Assembly: GCF_964204865.1 (NCBI RefSeq)
Contig: NC_135252.1
Span: 15,500,001-15,564,000 of the forward strand
DNA: 64,000 nt
Reading direction: 5' to 3'
Source of the DNA: Styela clava
Taxonomy: Eukaryota
The first letter of the stretch is position 1. Every line of letters starts with the position of its first letter. Shown here piece after piece: positions 1-10,542 of the stretch. The notes below the pieces were generated by a model. That model made no database searches. It was not told the origin of the DNA and worked only from the letters and a program-made list of their open reading frames with translations. Made by a program: the position numbers and the translations under genes.

Positions 1-3000
1 TGACAAAAACATTCCACCGGTGCAGCAGAAACCACTGACTTCTGCCAAAGTGGAAGTTTCGAACTTTCAACATAATGCTAATATTCATGTTGTTACTGGT
101 CCGCCTGTTTCTCAGGCAAATCCATCTGCGGTTATTACAGTAAGTGCCGCCAATTCGTCCCCCATTGTATCTTCCCATTATCAAGTTCCTGCAATACCTA
201 CGACTCAAATTGCTCAACCACAAAGGCAATCACCTACAGCAGCCCAAGGTTGGTACCGTTTTTTTTTTTTGTTGCTTTTTTTTTGACGGAGGGATGGCCT
301 GGCGGTTATCATCTCTAATTCAAATCCCCCATATCAACCTCGAAAGAGGACTATTTTTATGTTTGTGTTTCTAATATATTTTGTACCTGCGTTCTTTTTT
401 TTAGTGGGTCAACCGTCATCATCGCCAACAATAGAACCAAGTACAACCCCTGTACCTAGTTCTCAACATTCTGCAAACACGTCTATCACATCACCCACAG
501 CGGGAATGTAAGTTTATTTATTTGAATTGTGGTAGAAAAAAAAGTGATCGGCATTAACAATGCATGACTAATTATATAGTTTGCAATTATGGCAAATTTC
601 AATTAAAAATTTCTCTTTTTGAACTTAGTAATTGATGTGCTACTTCAAATAAAAGTACATAAATTATTATGAAAGATGTTATATTTCAAACATTTTGTAA
701 GTTAAAATAACTGATTTATTTCAACTTTTGCCCAGTTAGCAGTTAGATATTAATTTATTCATGTATACTTGTTTTGTAATTTCGTTATTTTATTCTTCTA
801 AGAATAGGCTGGAAATCCAAAATTGAACTTAAATAATGACTGTTTTTATGTTTAAACCTTATCATCTGTAGATTTTATTTTGGTTTTTTACTTCATTTTA
901 GTAAAGCCCTCAACCCAGAGGCACAAGAATTCAAACCAAGAACACCTGCGGTGAGAAATTCATTTTCAGCATTTAATGTAAAATATAAACGAATATTAGA
1001 AAATACCCGAAGAATTTCTACTCGCACGATTTTTTCAATTTTTTCATTTTATGATTTAAAGCAGCGTTTCTCAAACTGTGTGCGTGCCGCAAGACATTCT
1101 CAGGTGTGCCGCAGAGCTTTTTGGAAGTTAAAAAAATAAGTTATTTGTATAACATATAGGCATGCATCAATAGGCCAAGACTTGAGTATCCAGCAGTATT
1201 AGACTGGTAACATTATTGTATTTGCCTTATTGCTGTAGTAAGGGTGATTGTCACATCATAATTGTATTGTTATGCAATAATGTATTTATATAGACGCCAT
1301 CTTCCGCTATGTTGACTTGCGCGCTTAGTTAGGCTAACAGTAAAGCAAATTGGACGAGTCTATCTGCTTACAAATTCTATTTACCAGTAATCATCGGTGT
1401 AAAATCCATAAAAGTAATCTAGTCATTTGCATCTTCATGGCTTCGTGAAAATAGATTATCTGCTAAGGCTGAAATTAAAAGCAAAAAAAGGGAGCGATGG
1501 AACCTCATTTTAATTGTTTTTTAAAGCAGGCACACACATCGTATTAACATTTGCAGAATAATTTGTTTAACGCTAACTTAATTTTTTTACAAGTGTGCCG
1601 CAAATTTTTTTTCATTTGCTTAGTGCGCCGCGAACAAAAAAAGTTTGAGAACCACTGATTTAAAGTAATGCTTTTAATTCAACTTTCTTTGTATTGCAAG
1701 ACTAATAGTGAATAATGCCAAATTCAAGCTTAAATATGGCATATCATTATTTTTTTCGCAATTCTAAAATTTTTTGAACAAATGAAAAAAGTTTTTGAAT
1801 GCCACACAATGTGATCTATTAGTATGCTTTTTCTGGATCTTTAATCCATTGGATCCAATTATTATAATCAGTTTCCAATAAATTTGGTTAGCATTTGTAT
1901 AATATTGAATTAATGTGACTATATTATAGCTTGTCTCATCTCTCATACATAACATGTATTAATAAACTCTGGTGGCATTTCTTCATTATTTTTTCAGAAA
2001 CCGTCGCCCATTGCTACAAGAGCAACAACACCACAAGCAGTATGTATTTTATTCTTTTGTTATTTAAAATGTGGCAGCTAAAAATGTATCATAATAGATA
2101 TGCTATTTTGACGCAAAAAATTTGTCAACTGTTCATTCAAATTCTTAGCCCTCAGTGTGTCTATGTATATCAGACATAGTTGTTGTAGGGCATATTTGCT
2201 GATTAGGAATACTCGATGTGCGGAGAACATTGTTGCTATGACAGTACATGTGACAGGTTGGCTACGCAGCGCCTTGGTATAAGACTGCATGAAGGATTTC
2301 GTGTAATGGGGAGATATGCTACTGCATACAATTTTAGATAGGCAAATTTGATTGGTTAAATTAAAAATAATTTTATTAAACCATTCTTTCTGAACTTTGA
2401 ATTTTAAGTAATAATATTCTTATTGCGTTATTAGATTTCCTGAATTTTTTTTCATCATATCCTCCATTATTATTGTTTTTCAGCAAATGCCAATATATGC
2501 TTTTGTTCAAGCACCAGTGGCAAGTGGTATGGGACCACAAACCCCCACCCAAATTGCAACACCAGTATACAACGCAGGTAAACAAACTCGATTTTAGAAC
2601 ATTCTTGATTCTTGTTAGTAGAACTGTTCATTAGCCTACGTAGGATAGATTTTAATATTTATACCGGGGAAGAGACTGCTCGATGGCATACCACGGCCTC
2701 TCATCTGGTTACCAGTCCATGTCCGGTTTGGGTTTAGCTAGCCAGGTATTTGTTTCAGATGTATGGACTTGATAGTGGAGGAAGACGTACGACCAGTAAT
2801 ATGAGCCTGTGCAGGGTAATCAGAAGTGTGATGACAAGCTTAGTTTCTAATGCTTAGCACGGCACACTATTATCTTGTATTTATATTGTATTAATTTATT
2901 TTCTTATTTCATTTAAACCAGCTCCAATGCCTCCAATGCATGCAGATATGCAACAAATATATCACACCCAGTTCCCACAAGTAAGCATTTTCTTTGTTTC

Positions 3001-5572
3001 ATTTTTTCAATTTATAGAATTCGTAAAGAAATTTTCATTCACCAAAACAATTTTTATATCCTATTTTAGCAATATATACCGGTACAAATGCCAGGACAAC
3101 AATTTGCCTTTGATCAAAATGGTCAACCTGTATATGCTAGTCCAGCACCGCAGCAGGCAATGATGGCTCAAAATGCTAGAATGGCTGCTACAATACCGGG
3201 CACACCACAACAACATATTCAACAATATCAATCTGATCAAGGACCTGCACCTGTGTATGGTGAGTATTAGATGTTTCATTGTTATGACCAATGCTGCTAT
3301 TAAAACAATATCTAGTTTTTTCTTAGGATTCAATTGAATCAAATTGACGTGTGCGGAATTGACCAGATGCATAACAAGCCTTTATGTCAAGTTAACAATG
3401 TTTGAAACATTTGACACTTAGGTATACTAGTTATTCTCAATCGATATCCTTTTGATATCTTTTACAGTACCTGTGGCTCCACAAGGATCAAACTTTATGC
3501 AGCAGAGACCCCATTCTGCACATACGCCAACTCAGGTAAGATAAGAATTAGTTGTTCATTGAACCTAATTTATCCACATAGATTATACCAGTGGTTTCCA
3601 ACAACCCGAATTTTTAAAAAATTAATTGTAAAATCTTGCGACCCCTGGATATGCTCAAATACTAAACGGCATGTAGTGCTTTCATGGCCACAAAATTAAT
3701 TGACTTGTATAAAACAATCATTTTTATGTGACATTTATTTTCCCAGAAATTTCCTCAAAATGAGGAAGCTGTGCTCATTTGCCATCAGCGAGTTTTTGAT
3801 ATTGTGTGGCATAGCTTTAGGCCTACTTAAGCAAAAAAAACTGAACGCTGCCAAGCCTTTACTCGTTGATACTTCTGTAATATACAATTACTATTGAGCA
3901 AAACATTAATACCAAATATAAATTAATAAATCAAATTTACTACAAAGGATTTTATTGAGAAAAATAAGCGACCCATTATCTTGAATTTTTTTTTTTTTTT
4001 GAGGTAATATCACAACTGTATTACCGTAACAAATAGATTAACCCATTTCAAATCCTTATGCCTGTCAGGGGAAAAATTTAAATTAAAAGGATTCTACAAA
4101 TCCTGTAGTTAATGTTGGTGACTTCTAAAAAAATATCTGCCTTTGCTTTTGCATAGGTTACACACGTCACAGCTTCAAGTCCTGCAACCCAATCCACACA
4201 GCAAACCCAGCAACCTACAGGTCATCCGGCTATGGTTCCTGCACATGGAGTTCAACAGGGGGGCGGACCAGTATGGATGCCAATTAACGCAAAGTATGTT
4301 TTAAAAATCACCATTACGGTGTTTGAGTCATTGGCGCATCTTCTTCCAGCTATAGATGAACTGAGTCCCTTTGAGTATATTGAGCATAAATGAATCTGGT
4401 CATAGTGCGAGTCAACTCTCAAGATGAGTGGCTTTTCCTGGCTTCCTGGTCATTTCATAAATTTTGAATGTTTTCCCCGAAATTTCCTTTCATTCAACTC
4501 AAAAAAGAAGGCTTGAGAGTTAGTTGTGGGCCGCACACGACATTCCAGAATATTTGACCCTTTGTCAGGAAACATTAAGTATTCTCATGCCAAATCACTC
4601 ATGCACCTACTCAATGTAAATTTATACTGTGTTATTTTAAACCACATTGGGCCTAGTCTCATACAATACACCTAGCTGTATGTATTATAATGTTTGAATT
4701 CATACAAATGAACGACTTTAACTGAATTATAACGGTATGAATATGATACAGATATAAAGTTACAGGTGATGTTATTTTCTAGTTCAAATATAATGATGGT
4801 GCCAAGCGGCCAACCTCAACCAATGCAAATGAATCAACCACCGCAACATACCCACTACTTGAGTGCTATGCCAGCAGGACAGATTCCTTCATCAGTTGCA
4901 ATGTCCAATCCTGTGCAACAAAAAGGACAACAACAACAAATCCCAGCTGGACACTATATGGCTCAAACCCCGCAGAGATCATGTAAGATTTTTTTTTCTA
5001 ATATGTAATATATTGACTCGCCTGCATAGTTTTTTTGCTTACCTATCATCTTCTAAAAATATTGAAAATCATAGTTACAGAGTGCAACAAAAATCAGTCG
5101 GGTAAAAATAAAGGAGATACTTGGCAGATAATATGAAAAACATATAGATCCTAATAAAACCTAATATGCTAAATATGGAAGGAGACAAGGAAGCGTGTGG
5201 GATGGTTAAAGCAACAACACATTATATCGCCGCAGTAGTTATTTCACAATTTTCAGAAATTTACTTTTTGGATCGAGGCTATTTGTATGGTTTCAAAGTT
5301 GTGCCTGTTAAAGTTTTGATTTTAGGTATTGCCTTACGTCCATTGTTAGGTTTGGCTGTGAAGATCTGTAATTTACAAAAATGCAATTTGCCCAAAACCC
5401 CGAAATGTGACATAATACCTGTTGTGGCCATCATTATTATAGGAACTTTTGTGTAACAGAAATGCTTACGCCTTCACCTAATTGTCGAACTTTTAAATTA
5501 GGCTTCATTGAATTATATTTTTATTCTTCTTCAGATGGACAATATCAATCACCTTCTGCAAACAATCAGTGA
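1..5572 (+). CDS. ATXN2: Ataxin-2 / Ataxin-2-like protein, 3' part (gene starts upstream of the window)
   Basis: Phase-compatible GT-AG exons: <1-248, 405-507, 902-950, 1998-2039, 2484-2577, 2922-2980, 3070-3259, 3468-3535, 4157-4293, 4783-4982, 5535-5572 (TGA). Exon 902-950 encodes a PAM2 motif (IKALNPEAQEFKPR) followed by KPSP and a long Q/P/M-rich tail, as in the Ataxin-2 C-terminus. The Lsm/LsmAD domains are not in the window. Confidence 0.75.
1062..1657. mobile_element. hAT-type MITE in an Ataxin-2 intron
   Basis: TIRs CAGCGTTTCTCAAACT / AGTTTGAGAACCACTG (14/16 match); perfect 8-bp TSD ATTTAAAG at 1054-1061 and 1658-1665. Confidence 0.9.
2641..2800 (-). mobile_element. SINE-family copy (3' part)
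   Basis: Aligns by eye with copies at 13903, 18002, 20867 and 33132, all starting TAGGATA, and in reverse with 9890-10001 and 36775-37014. Confidence 0.7.
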
Positions 5573-5656
5573 ACAAGAATATTTGAACATTGAATAAATT
5601 TTAAGGTCAACCATAAGTAGCAAATGGGGAACTTCTTAACGATAGATCTATGTCTA

Positions 5657-5675
5657 TGTGTGTGTGTGTGTGTGT
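5657..5675 (+). repeat. (TG)n microsatellite in the Ataxin-2 3' UTR
   Basis: About 9 TG units, roughly 85 nt after the stop codon. Confidence 0.9.
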
Positions 5676-8600
5676 TTATTTACTTTAAACTTATTTACTA
5701 TTTTTCGTCATTTTTTTTGTTTATTATTGGTGCTGTGATGGAACGATTACCTTGATATGGTTTTTCTTGAGTGCCCCGCCATCTCTACAGACTGTCTCTA
5801 TGTCGAGTTAGCTGGCTGAACTTTTTTCATGATCGTACCACAGGGCTGATTTTACAAATTTAATCGCAACCAGCTGGTTGGCCATAACCAAATACTGGTC
5901 TATTTCGAATACATTCTAAATTCCTCCAAATAAATTTTATTCACATTTCTAAAATTCAAGGACATAGGAATTGAGCTTCAATAATATTCTCATAGCGAAT
6001 CATCTATAAATACAAATGGCATGTGTGATATCACTAAAATTAGTGCTTTTCTTGCTTCCAGGAAAAAAGAATTCGTAAACATTACAGTTTTTTTACTTAT
6101 AAATTGTGACTTATCTTGGCAACCACAGAAAACATCAACTAAACGCCCAGTGAAATGTTTGAAATCCTACAATATAATCGAAGTCCTTAACAACACACAC
6201 ATATTTTGACACGGCTAATTTTTGTTATAAACTGTTTATCATCATGTGAGTATAATTTGGCCCATCGACATCGGAGGTTACTTGTTCCTGAGTGAAATGT
6301 AAAAAACTTTTCGTCTCATTCATACATATTTTTGCATTTGAGTAAGCAGCATGATAATGGGGCAAGTCTGAATTTGTGGTTATCTTCTGCTGTGTATGAT
6401 CATTGTTAAGCATTATGAGGTTTCTTATTTCATATCTATTGACATAAAAATTAAAGATGAACATTTTTAATTTTAATATTTAGCTTCGAAACCATTGGAC
6501 AAGGGTATACTGCTATAATTTGTTTTAACCCTTCATAAAAATAAGTTTTCTTGCAAGTCTCATTCAATCTCTCTATCAGCTTCGATCCACTGTATTACTG
6601 ATTCGGTGCCCAAGGTGGTGGTCGTTTTATGCTAGGTTAAATGTTTTAAAATTGTGCTGTTATTAACATTGTTTTGTAAATCATCTTTGAATTTTGTGTT
6701 AATTCATAAGCGGGATAAAAATGACATATTACTTAAAAATATTCAAACTGAAAAAGGAGTAGATAGAATATCACCATTAAATCACTGACAAATATTTCCC
6801 TAATACATAATTACAAATCAGAAATACAATCTTTTTCGCTGTAACTAGCGTTTTATTTGAAAAAAAAAATCAAATTGAATAGACACTGTCTAAAAAATTG
6901 TTGGGGTTATATTCAATGCTCAATAAACTCATGACTATCAATTTATTATCATTATGCTATTCAATAGTGTCTTCATTCAAGTCTCAAAGATTGTCTACAA
7001 CAAGTAATGCCAAGCTCAAGAGCTGGGGTTCCCTATATTCTTATTCCTATTTATTTCCTATATACCTACTTTTTGAAACATTTTGTATGTCATTACTGCA
7101 TAATTCTCTAGGTATAAAAGTACAAATTCATCTTAATTTAGAAACCCTACTTCCAGACAAAATAGTGAATAAAATCGTGATTAATGAAGATCCAAATTCA
7201 CCGAAACAGGCTATTTTAAATGTTTTGTGCCTTTTATGAATGTATGTTGCGTTTCTTTTTCTCTGTTGCTGTTATTATTATTATTTACTCTTATTCATTT
7301 ATGTCGCTTTTAATCAATTTCTCTGACTCTCAAGCTGTGTTATCTTGTGATACTCATCCATTTTGCTGCTAAGCACATGTTGTTAGCTTGAGAGTTAATG
7401 TTTTTAATAATGTTTTGTTTCATGTGTCATTTGTGTGCTCCTGGTTGGCCAAACACAGAGATATCATACTCATAAAGAATATATCAATATAATCAAATCT
7501 GGTTTACATGCAAAAGTATTCCTATTAGGAAATATGATATATTATAAAACGAATTTTCTGTAAAAAACGTTACACAAGCTCACCAAATAACTTATCCTAA
7601 ATTCATATTGCGCAATAATGCTAAACTGTCTTTGGATTTAGGTGGGATTTTTCATAGTTGTATACTTATAATCGTAGCTTTGATTTTTGGAGTTCACTCT
7701 CATTTATACCCAAACAGGCAAGTTTCACTTATCGAGAATAACACTGTTACTCGAACTCAATTTTTTTTTGATATATGGTCAATCGTGGGCACTGGATTCA
7801 TCTGCTACTTCCATATTACTTATAATCAACACATTGAAGTAAATCACTCATTTGGATCACACTATCTCGATTGATTTATACAACTATAATTAGTTTATGG
7901 TCCAGATTTCATAAATGAAGCATTGCTCTATAAAAAAAACACTGAATTATATGGATTCATGTGAAAACCGAGCATTTTTTCCACAACATAATCATCTGTA
8001 AGGTCATGTTTTGAGTAGTCATGTAGTCAACACATAAAAATTACTTCAGATCAAACAAACCAATTTCAATGAAACCTACTTGGTTGTATTTTTGCAACTT
8101 ATTGGACAAATTTTTTGTAGGTCTACAAATAATATCTCAGAGCTATTTTTTATATTAACGAATAAGTTAACTCAATTTTCGGCATAATTTGAGAGCCTTC
8201 CCCGGGTTGAATAGGACAGTTTTACGTTTTGTCCTTGTTGATTGTGTAGTCACTACTTCAATCTTGTTCAGTTGTTATTGTTTGCGGATTTTTGGTTTAC
8301 CACCCTTGTTAACATTTTCAGTTTATATTTAAAACTGAAAATCATCAAGTGTTTTCTTGTGATCTTATGATTTATTTATTCTATTTTGCTTTATTGTATT
8401 TTTCATTGATTTTCTTCAATTTTAAATAGGATTTTTAGGATATTTTACTCATTGAATCACTTTTGCTAGCTGCGAGCTGGTTGATATATACAAGGATATA
8501 TCCATGTCTTAAGTATTTTGAATATTTAAGTCTCACCCATTTTCCTTGCATAGAAAATTTATTCCTTGTCAAGTATGAGCAATAGATAAGTACAATTTCA

Positions 8601-9399
8601 CATACTTTCCAATAATAGACACATGACCGGATCTTTTTATACAAATAACATATAATTTCTGGCCTCAAGTTAAAATCTGAACAGTCCATCCAACTTTTCA
8701 AAATAAATGCCAATAACAATAATGCAGCATGTGCTTGAACATTATAAGTCTTAATTATAGGTCATTCGCATTGGGCAGACATTGAACACAAGTTCGCCTG
8801 CAACAGAAATTGCATCCATAATTATACAGGTCATAACGATTATGTTTGCTCAAACCTCTGCCAAATGCATTTCTCTTGCCTACTTAATTAAGCTGATTGT
8901 AGGTAATATCATCTGTGATATGTTTCGGTAAAATATGGATAACAATCGTTTCATCTAGTGTCGGATTTTTAGTTGAAAAAATCCTGTCTACAAAAACTGA
9001 ATAAACACATTGTAAAATTAATCCTGTCTGACTCGAGTTGTTGAAAAGTTATATTAGTGGGTGTGGCACGACGAGAGGCGTGGTTCGTCATGATTATGCA
9101 GCCTTATCGTCTTTCCACGCGAAAAAGATGTAAATTCTATATCCCTCTCTTTGCTTTAAAACAAACTAAGATCAGAGAATTTGTGAATTATGAAACTAGG
9201 AGCGGAACAAGTGCTAAAAAACAGTTGTAAGTTGCTTATAAAGTTCTAGTTCGATTTCTGAATACTGATGGTGGCATGGTGATATTGAAAAATGCAACGC
9301 AGCAATTGCTGCACATATTTTAGAATATTTATATACAGTAGTTGTAGCTGTTGCCGTGTGTTGGCAGGGCAATTTAGTTTTATTGGATGCTATGAGTGA

Positions 9400-9800
9400 C
9401 CCAGAGTTAACATATGCAAAATTCGTTACGTCACGCCTACTGGTACCTACTTGTGGTACTATACTTGACACGCATATTGGGCATTCTTTTAGCCAAATGA
9501 TGCTGCTAAGTACACACACGCTCGCTTATTAATGAAAGAGCACGAGTTAGAAACTCATTTCATATTCAATAGTAGTTACGAGCTATTCTCTTTGGTTAGC
9601 CCTGAAGCTTGGGTGAGTGAAATTGCGAGAAGCGCGTTACGAGGCAAAATTGATCAAGTTCGTCCGCCCAAATTAGAAAAGGGACTTTCCCGGGGATGGA
9701 CACCCTTCTCGTTTCGCAACTAGTCAACAGGTTCCCGAAATCGTCTATTCCGCTTGAAGTTGGATGGAATAGTGAAAACACTTGGTTCAGAGCAGAGCTA
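9400..9800. promoter_or_regulatory. CpG-rich putative promoter upstream of DNTTIP1, with a GC box and an NF-kB consensus
   Basis: Local CpG enrichment in a CpG-poor domain; CCGCCC at 9664-9669; GGGACTTTCC at 9681-9690. Confidence 0.4.
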
Positions 9801-9889
9801 CATATTCAGTTTATCCGTATATACACAGTTAATTCTGCAAGTAAAAATTTTGAAAGGAAACCAGGTTGAAATTGCATTCCAAAATTGAT

Positions 9890-10001
9890 CTGAAAGTGAA
9901 ACAAATACGGACTGGCTAACTATGCATATGTCGGTACCGGTACCACACCCGACAATGGCTGGTAACCGGACCAAAGGGACAATTATATAAATCCTATCCT
10001 A
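9890..10001 (+). mobile_element. SINE-family fragment ending in an ATCCTATCCTA tail
   Basis: Reverse-complement similarity to the copies at 2641 and 13903. Confidence 0.55.
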
Positions 10002-10542
10002 ACTCATTTCACCACATTACTTCATTACCTGCTGCTCAATCATTAGCAAATGCTCCACACACTGACACAGGTCAAAATTCTCTGATTGTTTTAATTATCT
10101 GGTCTTTATTTTTGTTGATTAATCTTCAAGTCGTGTATCAGTATACATCAGTACAACCAGTACATCAAATACATCTAATATCGAATGATAATCAGGTATT
10201 TGATTCATTATGTTTAACATTTATTGTATGCTGCATTGGTCCACGATCAGACTATAGCACTGCTAATTACAGTAAGTAAGTTTATTTCAATTTTCTGTTC
10301 CAACAAAACAAAGAAGCAATACATAGCAAAACAAACAAATAGCCCATGACTGCATGAGCTCTTTATTTCGTGATCCCAAGTAACTGAATACTGGAATAAG
10401 GAAATGTGGCACAAACTGACTTTATCGAATACTTTATCAGGAAATATAAGTGTCATATCTAAATGATATACCTGTAAACAGTCACCTAAATCTGGAAATA
10501 ATAAAGTTGCAAGTCTCTGTGTCAACAGAAGTATAAGTCGTC

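Noticed and set aside
517-5490. All Ataxin-2 intronic hairpins as a family of H/ACA snoRNAs
   Set aside because: Several are followed by ACT rather than ACA, some ACAs pair within the stem, two start too close to the donor to leave room for a 5' hairpin and H box, and pseudouridylation pockets are not evident.
8755-8800. Selenocysteine read-through at an in-frame TGA in a minus-strand frame
   Set aside because: No recognisable selenoprotein family and no SECIS identified.
9581-9799. RNase MRP RNA on the minus strand (GGGAAAGTCCC and CAGGGCT resemble the P4 halves)
   Set aside because: Spacing and P3 size do not fit, the G-U pairs favour the + strand, and the motif is also just the reverse of a kB site. 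cmscan would settle it.
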